In this document: positions 40,802-49,980 of the stretch, piece by piece
Position numbering within the stretch: the stretch's first letter is position 1
How the letters are laid out: each line of letters opens with the position of its first letter
Virus record (IMG/VR): IMGVR_UViG_3300045993_000394
Reading direction: 5' to 3' (one strand)
DNA: 64,000 bases
Source: an uncultured virus (IMG/VR IMGVR_UViG_3300045993_000394)
Taxonomy: Duplodnaviria; Heunggongvirae; Uroviricota; Caudoviricetes
The notes under the pieces: model-generated
What the model was told of the DNA's origin: nothing
The model's input: the letters and a program-made list of their open reading frames with translations, nothing else
The model's database searches: none
Made by a program: the position numbers and the translations under genes

Positions 40802-41244
40802 GTGTTTGGTCCTTGTATGAACGGTGTGCGGTTCATGCGCGCTGCGTTGTCTAGCGCTCCAAGCATACGACTCGTAGCTTCATATTGTACATGTAGTGTC
40901 TGAATATGCCTATAAATAATGTCTTGTTTTGCTGTCGCGTACATCAGATTGATCTCGATCTCTTTCTTGAGGTCTTTCAAATCTGTCCGCGCCTTGTCTT
41001 CTTTCAGCTTAGATAAGTTGGCGGACACGATAGAGTACAATTCAGTTGCAAATTCCATCTTTGATGGAATCTCGGCCAACAGTTCAACCAATTGTGGCGT
41101 AACAGTGCCAACGCCGAGATTCGGTCCAGGTTTCGGCAGTACAATGCGGAACTCGGCTGCTGTCCACTGCGCAAATTCTTCAATTTCTACGTCGTTGATG
41201 TTAAGAACCGTTACATTTGCAAATGCCATATTATCCCTCTTCAA
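40798..41244 (-). CDS. Helical protein, possible recombination mediator (UvsY-like position)
   Basis: Coiled coil; sits between the resolvase and the SF2 helicase; function by position only. Confidence 0.3.
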   Translation of the reverse strand: MKRDNMAFANVTVLNINDVEIEEFAQWTAAEFRIVLPKPGPNLGVGTVTPQLVELLAEIPSKMEFATELYSIVSANLSKLKEDKARTDLKDLKKEIEINLMYATAKQDIIYRHIQTLHVQYEATSRMLGALDNAARMNRTPFIQGPNT

Positions 41245-41402
41245 GTAGTTTGATTATTAGTCGTGCTTCTGGGGTTCCAGATTCGGGAAGCTTTAACACC
41301 TTTTGTAAGTACTTCATTGCACTGTTTAAATCACTGCGCGCTACGTCTAGTGATATGCCTAAATTTTTGATCTTTATTCGCGCTTCTCTACAATTTACGC
41401 AA

Positions 41403-42125
41403 TCATTCATTACAAGTCTCACGTAGGATTTTAGTGCCAACAGCTGCAAAATTCTCAAGTAATGTTAGTATATACCACCTATTGCCATTGGGTGTCTTGA
41501 TGACGCCATTCGCCCAACCGGGCGTGGATTTACCAAGTGCGTTCTTTAACGCCGTCATCTTATACAGCGACGCGTCACTGTCTGCTATCAGCATAATCCA
41601 TGTCGGCTGACTCGGGCCTGGATTCATGAGCCACAACATTGGAATCTTGTTGTTGTCTGCGTTGTCTTCTTCTACCTGTGCAATGAACTTGATGATGCTG
41701 CCGTTTGAGTTGAAGATGTTTGACAATGAGAAACTTGCGTCACGCTTGCACTCTACACCAAATGGAAAATCCGGCGCAGTTGTTGCGATGTCACCTGACA
41801 TCTTAAACTCTGCAGCCAACGACATACCACCGGATTGAGGTGTTTTCCTCCATGCATACTTCTCTCCGGTTGGAGACGTCCAAAAATCAGTAAAGAAAGC
41901 AACAGCTTTGCGTTCATTGCTAGCGCCCTTAGTGCGATTATGGCGGTTTTGAGCCGAGATGTTCAAGCCGGTAGCGTTGCACCTGGGGCAAACAATCTGC
42001 TTATTCTTTGGTCCAATGATAAGCTTTGCGCCTTCACACTTACGACATGGTTCTTCCATAGCACCAAATGATTGCTTACAGTGTGGACACAGCGTTTTTG
42101 TTGTATCAGCCATTGGTACGCCCAC
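41403..42125 (-). CDS. Holliday junction resolvase (Hjc-type PD-(D/E)xK) with DnaJ-like Zn finger
   Basis: KGASNER, PQSGG, GDI, VECKR; N-terminal CPHC, CRKCEG and CPRCNATG. Confidence 0.75.
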   Translation of the reverse strand: MGVPMADTTKTLCPHCKQSFGAMEEPCRKCEGAKLIIGPKNKQIVCPRCNATGLNISAQNRHNRTKGASNERKAVAFFTDFWTSPTGEKYAWRKTPQSGGMSLAAEFKMSGDIATTAPDFPFGVECKRDASFSLSNIFNSNGSIIKFIAQVEEDNADNNKIPMLWLMNPGPSQPTWIMLIADSDASLYKMTALKNALGKSTPGWANGVIKTPNGNRWYILTLLENFAAVGTKILRETCNE

Positions 42126-42290
42126 CGTAGTTCGTTAGAAGCACCTGCAGTTGGTTATATAGTTCTTTTGCAGACGCTTCAGTGATCCATGGCGATGTAG
42201 TACCGGCTTTAATCTTCGCCATGATCTCTTTAAACTTCTCAACTTCAGCTGGCGTTGGCTTTAGCTCGGCTAGTGGATTTTTTGGCGGCA

Positions 42291-44741
42291 TTATTTACTC
42301 TCGTTGGCAGCAGGCTTCAATTTGGTTACGTTGCTCTCTTCCTCAATTGTACTCTTAATAGCCGACTCGATAGCGGCTGAGTCTACTTCAGCACGGCTGA
42401 GCACTTCAGCACGCAACTTTTGCGTAATTGCTGGATTCTCACGCAAAGCTTCCGCAAACTCAACTGACCCATTGCACTTCAGCTTATCGTATTTGTACCA
42501 CGATGATGTCTTTTCAATCACAGACGACTTGATGCCGATCTCTGTTATGTCTCGATAGATATCCACACCGGGTGAGATTTTAGTACCGTCTTCAAGAACA
42601 GCAAACTCGGTGTACATGTCAAAGCCAACTTCGTCCACAGACTTTGATGCTGTCTTGTTCTTCTTGATGGCAAGACGAACAGAAACGCCAACAGTCTTCT
42701 CAACAACGTTGCCGTCTGGTCGCAGTACCTTCTTGATGATGTCTTTGTTCTTACGAATCTCAAAACCATAAGAACGATAAAACTTGAGCGCATTGCCGCC
42801 CGTCTGTTCTTCTGGTGGTCCAAACATGACGTTTGGCTTACCACGAATCTGGTTAATAAACGTGACAAGTGTACGTGGTGCGCCGGTCAAATACCCGTTG
42901 AGCTTCATCAACTCTTCTGACATGAGTCGTGCATGGGTCGCCTGCTGTCCTTCACCAAAGTTCGTATTGAACTTGGCTGCAGGGACCAACGCAGGGACCG
43001 AATCTACCATGATATAGTGCACGCCCTGTGCTGTCATGTGACGAATAATTTCAAAGAAATCTTCGCCTGTCATGATCTTTTCCGGTGTAGACCTGACGTA
43101 AATAAAATTTTTTACTGTATCAAGTCCGCATGCCTTACCAAATGCTGGCGAAAACGTGTTATGCACAACGATATCGTTTGCAATAAAGTTGTGCCACTCA
43201 GGAACAGTTAAATCATACACTTTGTGCTTCCCAATCGGCACATTGCTTATTACCTTATCCCACCATACGTTTGTAGTACTCCATTTTGTGTAATCAACCC
43301 CATGTTGTTCTTTGATGTCAAATAAAACGTGGTCGCGCACTGTATTGCTACTATTTGAGTGAACGCCAATCGTGCGTAGCTGTGACACGCCAACATTAAG
43401 CTTATTTAATTTTGGAATAATTTGTTCCGTAAGTATATGTCTTGGAACACTAGTAAATGTTGAATGTAATGTGCCGCGCAACGAAGTTTTCAATATACGA
43501 GTTTTCTTGTATCCAACTAGCGGTACGTGCACCATGGCAGCCATGTTTTCAACACCTTGAATCAACACTCTATACATGGTCTTATATGTTGATTTTCTGT
43601 CATCTGGTCGTACAAGCACTTTAGAACAAACACCAATCTTATGTAGTAAATATTTAACTTGATTGGCTAGTGTCTTTGACGAAGAATCAAACGTCATTTG
43701 ATTTCGTGAAGCATGCACGGAGCCATCGCTCATTATAAGTCCAGCCAATAGATGTCTAGTGTGCTCTGTACTGGAATTCATAAAACATTCTGGTATAATT
43801 TTATCGCTATTTATTTTAATTATGCCCAATTCTTTAATGTCACGTACTAGTTCGTTACACGTTCTGTCGCTAGAAGAAAATGACCACGTTCCACGTGTAT
43901 TACCAACTGGTTGCACAGTTATATTAGGATATAGCTTCGATACTAGATCGCACACATCATCTAGTACATCTATGTTATGAATTGACATGCGTGGCGTATT
44001 GGTACTAGTTAAGCATCCATCGCCAAGCAAATATCCAACTAGTTTGTACAATTCTGGTTTGTATTTGCTAGTTACTGCATTGTTGTCAAACATTTTTGGT
44101 CTAGCAACATAATCGCCAACCGCTACTTCGTCTAAACGAACCCAGCCTTTACCAGCAACAACAACTTTGTGATTTAAAGTAGCTTTTAACGTAGCTCCAC
44201 GTTCTGTCGCTAGTTGCATGCAATCTTTGATACCTGTATATACTTTATGCGATATAGTGCCGATTTTTGGTGCTATGTCACCATCGACGTCATAGCATGG
44301 TACTGTGTCTACATTTACTTTATTTAACACTATATCTTCAATTTTATATGTATCACCAGTATTAGCATCTGTGATCAAGGTGTCTCCGGTTACACATCCT
44401 TCACTGTCGCAAAACCCGACGATACCACCTGAGCGCTGAACAGCACCAGCAATGGTCATAGACAGTAGCGTCTTACCGGTGCCTTGCTCTCCCCAGATGT
44501 CCAAAATACGGCCACCAAGTAGACCACCTACACCAAGAGCATAATCAAGAGACAGAATGCCTGTCTGGTATTTATACGTAGGCATATCCTGTACGTCTGT
44601 GTTTACTACGCCAGGAGGCCCACTAAACGATGCCCTGATGGCAGATAAAATTCTGGCTGCTGCGTTGCCTTCGTCCATGTCAACCATCTTCATCTGCGGT
44701 CCAACGGGCTTCTCTTTCTTCGGTTTGCCGTCAAAGGCCAT
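42291..44741 (-). CDS. recA: RecA recombinase with intein
   Basis: TGILSLDYALGVGGL, GEQGTGKT, VDSVPAL, FINQIR, TGGNALKFY. Confidence 0.95.
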   Translation of the reverse strand: MAFDGKPKKEKPVGPQMKMVDMDEGNAAARILSAIRASFSGPPGVVNTDVQDMPTYKYQTGILSLDYALGVGGLLGGRILDIWGEQGTGKTLLSMTIAGAVQRSGGIVGFCDSEGCVTGDTLITDANTGDTYKIEDIVLNKVNVDTVPCYDVDGDIAPKIGTISHKVYTGIKDCMQLATERGATLKATLNHKVVVAGKGWVRLDEVAVGDYVARPKMFDNNAVTSKYKPELYKLVGYLLGDGCLTSTNTPRMSIHNIDVLDDVCDLVSKLYPNITVQPVGNTRGTWSFSSSDRTCNELVRDIKELGIIKINSDKIIPECFMNSSTEHTRHLLAGLIMSDGSVHASRNQMTFDSSSKTLANQVKYLLHKIGVCSKVLVRPDDRKSTYKTMYRVLIQGVENMAAMVHVPLVGYKKTRILKTSLRGTLHSTFTSVPRHILTEQIIPKLNKLNVGVSQLRTIGVHSNSSNTVRDHVLFDIKEQHGVDYTKWSTTNVWWDKVISNVPIGKHKVYDLTVPEWHNFIANDIVVHNTFSPAFGKACGLDTVKNFIYVRSTPEKIMTGEDFFEIIRHMTAQGVHYIMVDSVPALVPAAKFNTNFGEGQQATHARLMSEELMKLNGYLTGAPRTLVTFINQIRGKPNVMFGPPEEQTGGNALKFYRSYGFEIRKNKDIIKKVLRPDGNVVEKTVGVSVRLAIKKNKTASKSVDEVGFDMYTEFAVLEDGTKISPGVDIYRDITEIGIKSSVIEKTSSWYKYDKLKCNGSVEFAEALRENPAITQKLRAEVLSRAEVDSAAIESAIKSTIEEESNVTKLKPAANESK
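43158..44396 (-). mobile_element. LAGLIDADG intein in RecA (413 aa)
   Basis: Starts CVTGDT, block B ATLNH, GYLLGDG and AGLIMSDG, ends VVHN followed by Thr. Confidence 0.93.
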
Positions 44742-44771
44742 TGTGTTCTCCTATAGTGTGTATAATACGAC

Positions 44772-44825
44772 CCAGGCGGCAGGGGCCAAGACCGGTCCAC
44801 CAACCGGAATACCCCTGCCGCCTAG
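44772..44825 (-). other. Long interrupted stem-loop between the SSB-like gene and recA
   Basis: AGGCGGCAGGGG/CCCCTGCCGCCT outer stem and CCGGT/ACCGG inner stem; a G-U pair favours the minus-strand RNA. Confidence 0.6.
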
Positions 44826-44837
44826 CTGCATCAATTA

Positions 44838-46154
44838 CTATGTAGATTGCGTGCGCTCTGTCAGCTTCGTCTTCAGCTTGAGCAGATCTTCGGTGCCCCA
44901 CTTATCGTAGTTGAACACCTTCGGATTAATCGACCGAAGCATTGGAATGAGCATTTTGCTCATGCCAGCGCCCTTAAACTCTGGGATCGACTTAATCGTA
45001 GTGTTCAATTCAGCGATAAGCAACGCTTGTTCAGTTGTCGCCACTGGTGCTGGCGTCGGTGTTAGTGGCTCCGTTGGAGCGCTCTGCACCGGGGCTGGCA
45101 TCGCAGGCTTTACATCTAGCACCTGGGACACTACGCGCTTCATCTCGTCAGAACCCGAAGCGCGCAGAAAGTCAATATACCCAGGGTCAAGTTTGGACAC
45201 TTCTTCTATCGTTTTGCTTGCGTACTTACCGGTGGTTAGAAGAGTGCCCATGAACTTAGGCTGTTCTACTGCTGGCTGCACCACCGGCTTGACTTCAGCC
45301 GGTGGTGCTTGGTGAAAATTTGCGGCACCAATTGCGTTCGCAGCCATTGCCTTTACCTGTTCAATGGACAGGTTCGGGAACATGGTCATAAGCTGCGCTT
45401 CCATTGGCGATAGACCAGGGGGCAGCTGCGCCTGTACTGCCGGTGCAGCGATTTGCGCCTGCTGTGTGGCAGGAGCGCCACGGCTGTACTCAGCCAGACG
45501 ATCGCGCTTGGCTTCGTCTGGTGTCTTGCAGACGATCGCCTTCTCAAGCTCTTCGTTGGACAGTGGCGTGTACGCTTCCAGCATCGCCGCCTTCAGCGCT
45601 GTCTGGATGGCGTCCGGTGTGGTCTGGATTGTGAAGGTTGACGCGTCCAGGCGCATAGACTCATACTTCGTCATCTGCCCGACGCCCGTCTTCCAGACCT
45701 CCCAATCGCAGTCCATGATCGACTTACCAGCGGTGTCGTACTTGTCCATGGCGTCGAAGATCTGCGGCCCGCCGCGTAGTACGGTGACCTGCTGCGCAGT
45801 ATAGTCCCAGACAGGCAGTACATACTGGCAACGCGGTGGGAAATCTACGCGCTGTCCCTTCTTGTTCGTCTGGTCACGCTGCGATAGATACTGCCACGCA
45901 GGGTCAGTCCGATTGTGAAGGCGGCAACCTGCGCCAGACCGTCCAGTGGAAGTGCAGATCTCCCACTTGAAGCCACGGAGGCGAAGGCTCTCGATCTTGC
46001 CGTCTGGTAGTGTGAACGCTACGGTTGGCGACTGAATCTGGTGTCCCCAAAATGTCTGGGGCTTGTGTGCCAGTGGCCTAATGCGCTTCTTGTTTGTCTG
46101 GTCCTCAACTACGAGAAATGCGGTCTGGGTGTCTTTCGTAGATAGAAACGCCAT
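44838..46154 (-). CDS. Putative single-stranded DNA-binding protein (gp32-like) with Pro/Ala/Gln linker
   Basis: YVLPVWDY....VTVL and KTGVGQMTKYE patterns; GKY..KTIEEV...DPGYIDFL small domain; upstream of recA. Confidence 0.55.
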   Translation of the reverse strand: MAFLSTKDTQTAFLVVEDQTNKKRIRPLAHKPQTFWGHQIQSPTVAFTLPDGKIESLRLRGFKWEICTSTGRSGAGCRLHNRTDPAWQYLSQRDQTNKKGQRVDFPPRCQYVLPVWDYTAQQVTVLRGGPQIFDAMDKYDTAGKSIMDCDWEVWKTGVGQMTKYESMRLDASTFTIQTTPDAIQTALKAAMLEAYTPLSNEELEKAIVCKTPDEAKRDRLAEYSRGAPATQQAQIAAPAVQAQLPPGLSPMEAQLMTMFPNLSIEQVKAMAANAIGAANFHQAPPAEVKPVVQPAVEQPKFMGTLLTTGKYASKTIEEVSKLDPGYIDFLRASGSDEMKRVVSQVLDVKPAMPAPVQSAPTEPLTPTPAPVATTEQALLIAELNTTIKSIPEFKGAGMSKMLIPMLRSINPKVFNYDKWGTEDLLKLKTKLTERTQST

Positions 46155-46199
46155 TGTACTGCTCCTTGTGTGTGGGGAATCGCCCCATCGTGTGAAATT

Positions 46200-46697
46200 T
46201 CACGGCCCAAATACGTTTGGCGGGTTATTCGATGAATCATCTGCAGACTTTTTACTGTTTGACGGCGGCGGCATAAAGAAAACGCCGTTATTTGAAGCTT
46301 TTTGCGTGTTGTTTATCTTCATCATTTCATAATGCACTGCGTCTTTAACTATTTGTTCCATCCTTCTATCGTGCATATCAAGCAACATCGACCCAAACAT
46401 GAAGCTTACACATAGTATGGCGAGATGCATCACTGCAGTAATCAATCTTTGCTTTGTAGTCTCGTTTAAAGTTAGGAACTGGTATTTTTGCAGTGATTTA
46501 AGTCTTTTTACTGTATCTGGAGTCGGTATTGCCTGCATTGCTGGCATTGTTTTACTACGCATTGCGTTAGTAGCGCTTATAGTTATGGGCTTGTGTATAT
46601 CCCACGAAGGCGCTGTTTTCACTATTTCTAATACGTCATCACTGTCATTATCACGCGGCATGGTGTCACCTATTATAACATACTGCGATGACACCAT
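46200..46697 (-). CDS. Hypothetical single-TM protein
   Basis: LITAVMHLAILCVSFMFGSMLL hydrophobic segment. Confidence 0.55.
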   Translation of the reverse strand: MVSSQYVIIGDTMPRDNDSDDVLEIVKTAPSWDIHKPITISATNAMRSKTMPAMQAIPTPDTVKRLKSLQKYQFLTLNETTKQRLITAVMHLAILCVSFMFGSMLLDMHDRRMEQIVKDAVHYEMMKINNTQKASNNGVFFMPPPSNSKKSADDSSNNPPNVFGP

Positions 46698-46716
46698 GCA
46701 CGCAGCGACATACGAC

Positions 46717-46986
46717 TTACACTTTAACCATTACTGTACAGCTGTTCACTGCCATGTGTGCAGCCATAACAGGATCGGTTGGGTCGAACGTCCAAATGGT
46801 AGCTACTTCATTCGGAACGCGCTTAACCGTTGTCCCAATGCACGAGCAGATGTGCTGCTGACCGGCAATAGCCGGTTCAGGTGCCGAGTGAACATACTGG
46901 CACTTGGGACACTGCCAATCAATCTTCGGTCGTGTATCTGGCTCAGGTAGTGGAAAGCCCATCGGTCCTACTGTGGTGTCTGCCAT
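46717..46986 (-). CDS. Small Zn-ribbon protein
   Basis: CPKC...CSC; ATG at 46986 with AGGAG RBS. Confidence 0.6.
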   Translation of the reverse strand: MADTTVGPMGFPLPEPDTRPKIDWQCPKCQYVHSAPEPAIAGQQHICSCIGTTVKRVPNEVATIWTFDPTDPVMAAHMAVNSCTVMVKV

Positions 46987-46987
46987 G

Positions 46988-48376
46988 TTATCTCCTGTAA
47001 ATCCAACGAAGTTTTTCGTAACCATAGACCTTAACGTAATTAAACCGTTCTGCAAATTCAGCTTCTTTTAAATGAGCAGCGCGAGCCTTATTATATAATG
47101 CTTTCTTTGAACAAACCCATCCTGCTGCGTCTACATATTTATAGTCTGCTGATACTATTTTATCATTAATGAAATTTGTCGCTTTATATGATGAACCATA
47201 ATGGTTATATGTTTTATCTGAATATGACACTATAACATCAAATTCAACAGGTAACATTTTAATCATTCTTGATAGGCAATATGATACAAGATTCTTTATT
47301 TGATATTTTGGATGCGTGGCCATCCTGGCAAGTTCGATTGGATTCGTTGCATTTTCTATTGATTGTATAACATTTTGTCTACCAAGCGGCAAGAATTTTA
47401 GTACAGTAACAAGCTTTTCGCCTAAAAACGCACCAAAACAATGTCCGCCTGTACGTCCGTGACTAGCATAATGCCAATTGTCCAAGAAAACATCGGCGTC
47501 TTTATGATTTATTTCTTTTATTACTAAGGCAGACAAATCGTACTGAACTATTTCAATTTTTGTTATACCTGTATGGTACTTTATTAATTCAATTACCTTA
47601 TCTTCAAAACTAAACATGTGTTCCCATATAGCCAATAGCTTTAAATTTGGAAAATTGTTTTGTATATAGGATGCTTTCTTTATATCTCTATTGGCGTGGT
47701 GCGGCAACGTGTGCCAATAATCGCCTTGTATTTCAATAAGTAGGTTGTGTTCTTCTATAAAAAAATCAAATGTATATGGTCCTATTGAATGAGCTTTATG
47801 CTTAAGCCCAAGCCCAGTAAGTATGGAAGCCATTTGTTGTTCTGGTGCGGATCTGTTACCTGACTCTGCAAATCGAGCAAGTCCAGCAGCAATACGAGCT
47901 TTATAATCTTCGTCTTTAAATCGTTCTAATGCTTTTGCTCTTTGGTTTTCTAAATATTCTGGCGTGTTTTGTGCAATATGCCTAGTTAGTTTGGCTTCTT
48001 CTGTCCATGGGGCAGCAGACATCTTACTTTTGTATTCCGGATCTTTCCACCATTCCGCATTACGCTCTGAAACCAATTTGCGATGTTCTTCTGATTGAAA
48101 CATCTTTGTTATGCGCGTAATTTCATTGTCGCGATATTCTGGGTCCTGCCATGCTTCTTTAGCTTGTTTAGAACGTTGCGCTTTACCTTCTGATGAATTA
48201 GCACTGCATTTAACGCAGCGCGTTGCGCCGCTTGCTAAATAAGTACGCCAAATAATTTTACGTTCGATTCCACAACAATCGTATTTAACGAATACTGGTA
48301 ACTGTCTATACTTACATGTGTTACCTGCAGGAGTTTCATATCCAAACTCCTGCAGGTTCTTTTCTACTAGAAGCAT
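46988..48376 (-). CDS. Fusion of helical repeats, DUF559/Vsr-like nuclease and Mom-like GNAT domain (Hef-type homing endonuclease architecture)
   Basis: SAPEQQM...FDFFI...IEIQGDYWH; FLDNWHY...IELARM...VSYSD...HYGSSYKATNF; more AT-rich than flanks. Confidence 0.7.
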   Translation of the reverse strand: MLLVEKNLQEFGYETPAGNTCKYRQLPVFVKYDCCGIERKIIWRTYLASGATRCVKCSANSSEGKAQRSKQAKEAWQDPEYRDNEITRITKMFQSEEHRKLVSERNAEWWKDPEYKSKMSAAPWTEEAKLTRHIAQNTPEYLENQRAKALERFKDEDYKARIAAGLARFAESGNRSAPEQQMASILTGLGLKHKAHSIGPYTFDFFIEEHNLLIEIQGDYWHTLPHHANRDIKKASYIQNNFPNLKLLAIWEHMFSFEDKVIELIKYHTGITKIEIVQYDLSALVIKEINHKDADVFLDNWHYASHGRTGGHCFGAFLGEKLVTVLKFLPLGRQNVIQSIENATNPIELARMATHPKYQIKNLVSYCLSRMIKMLPVEFDVIVSYSDKTYNHYGSSYKATNFINDKIVSADYKYVDAAGWVCSKKALYNKARAAHLKEAEFAERFNYVKVYGYEKLRWIYRR

Positions 48377-48377
48377 T

Positions 48378-49673
48378 TTACTCTCTTACGATGAAAGCGG
48401 ATTCAGACGGCCCGGTGCTTAGGTATTTGAAAAATACTCCAGCTTCGTGCTCAAGATTCAGAATCCAGTTCTTTGATTTTTCAGATAATGAATCCCAGGC
48501 ATCCTTATTAAAATCTTCGTAGTTAATGTAGTCTATGAAGGATAACATCATTTCGTCTGGACGGTTAATTGAAATAGCTCGCTTAAACGACGGGATGTGG
48601 AATTCAGACACCCGGCGTTGGCGTTTGGTCGCAGTCGTAATCTCGCGCAGTTCCTTCTTGGCGTTGTTATGGAGCCACTGTGCAAGTTGGTCGTTTGTCA
48701 TGTCTGGCGCAAGGCTATAGTGATATTTTGTTACTTCTTCCCACGTAAGTTCACGACCACCCATCGCACCGGACGCACCGGCCACTCGGATTGGGAACGT
48801 GCGCGTAACACCATAAATCTTATTGCATGTAGCTGGCGACAGGCCAGCTTCCATGAACCAGTTCGACGCGTTCGTGTCACGTGAAGTAGTCTTTGGCCAC
48901 GGACCGTGATGCACGGATAGTGGACTGCCCTGGGTGCCTTCGAGAATGATGCGTTTACCTTCGTCATTTGCTGAGTTCAGCAACTCAACGGTGTCGCACA
49001 TGTACTCGGCTAGATCTGCGTCTTCTTTTGCCAGCTTAACACGCGGTACCTTAGCACCAGATGGATCGCGCAGCATGCCAGCAAATTCACCATCAGCGGT
49101 AATTCTAGCAAGTTTGCGAATGAGGTTATAACCAGATCCATGAGTAGTGGACCCAAGCGACTTGTGTAGTGAGTCTGCAGGATATGCCTCACATCCCATG
49201 CAACCACCGGCTGGCTTCTCTGCGCCAAACTTGCCCTTTGTGCCGTTATGAAACTGACACGTGGTCGGGGCATACCACTCTGGGCCACAAATATCGGCCC
49301 AGCCATTTTCGGCTCGCACGTCCACAGCGTCAATGATGGTAGCATTGGGGTCGATACGTAGACGCGGTTTACCATCAATGAACCATGCATTGCGATCCTT
49401 GAGCCAGCCGATCTCACGGTTGAGGTAGTACTTGTCGATCTGCGCACCGGCACCGAGCACAATCGGTGCCTTTGGGTTATGCAATCCAATACATGTAAGC
49501 TGGTGCCACGGCAGACCTTCGCCATTTATGTAAGTCGTGTGGGCCGCATTCACGGACCCAGTGCGAACCAAGATATCCCACGGCTTACGCATAGCTAACG
49601 AGCTAAGTAACTTGCCTTTGGCCTCGCTGCCAAACGAAAGCCCAACCAGCACATCAACATTCTTAGCTACCAT
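48378..49673 (-). CDS. purZ: Adenylosuccinate-synthetase homologue with PurZ/PurZ0 signatures
   Basis: GSEAKGK (Ser in place of catalytic Asp), NAAHT, EGTQG, RTFPIRVAG, EITTATKRQRR, SFID; ATG at 49673 with AAGGAG RBS. Confidence 0.75.
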   Translation of the reverse strand: MVAKNVDVLVGLSFGSEAKGKLLSSLAMRKPWDILVRTGSVNAAHTTYINGEGLPWHQLTCIGLHNPKAPIVLGAGAQIDKYYLNREIGWLKDRNAWFIDGKPRLRIDPNATIIDAVDVRAENGWADICGPEWYAPTTCQFHNGTKGKFGAEKPAGGCMGCEAYPADSLHKSLGSTTHGSGYNLIRKLARITADGEFAGMLRDPSGAKVPRVKLAKEDADLAEYMCDTVELLNSANDEGKRIILEGTQGSPLSVHHGPWPKTTSRDTNASNWFMEAGLSPATCNKIYGVTRTFPIRVAGASGAMGGRELTWEEVTKYHYSLAPDMTNDQLAQWLHNNAKKELREITTATKRQRRVSEFHIPSFKRAISINRPDEMMLSFIDYINYEDFNKDAWDSLSEKSKNWILNLEHEAGVFFKYLSTGPSESAFIVRE

Positions 49674-49974
49674 TTTGTTCTCCTTCATTGTCTTTGAGCA
49701 GCTTGAAAAACGCATCGATTGATGCTACAGACGGTATTTCATTAATTCTCAACACCAACTTGTTTTTTATGTCTTTATGTACGATTACGAATGTTGGCGT
49801 GTACACTATTCTAAATTTCGACAGCAATGCTAATTCAGACATCTCTGATGTAAAGAAATTTATTACAGTCGTCTTAATACCAAGTACTTCATCAATTCTG
49901 TCTGATAATATGTGCATTTCGCGTATGTCTACCTTAGACAACGCCATAAAATTTAAAAACAAATAGGCTATCAT
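49663..49974 (-). CDS. Thioredoxin-fold-like protein lacking cysteines
   Basis: KFRIVYTPTFVIV cis-Pro-loop-like motif; 103 aa; follows the RNR. Confidence 0.5.
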   Translation of the reverse strand: MIAYLFLNFMALSKVDIREMHILSDRIDEVLGIKTTVINFFTSEMSELALLSKFRIVYTPTFVIVHKDIKNKLVLRINEIPSVASIDAFFKLLKDNEGEQNGS

Positions 49975-49980
49975 TTTGTG

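Noticed and set aside
48378..49673. Ordinary purA auxiliary metabolic gene
   Set aside because: The catalytic Asp is replaced by Ser and other PurZ-type changes are present; not fully excluded without an assay
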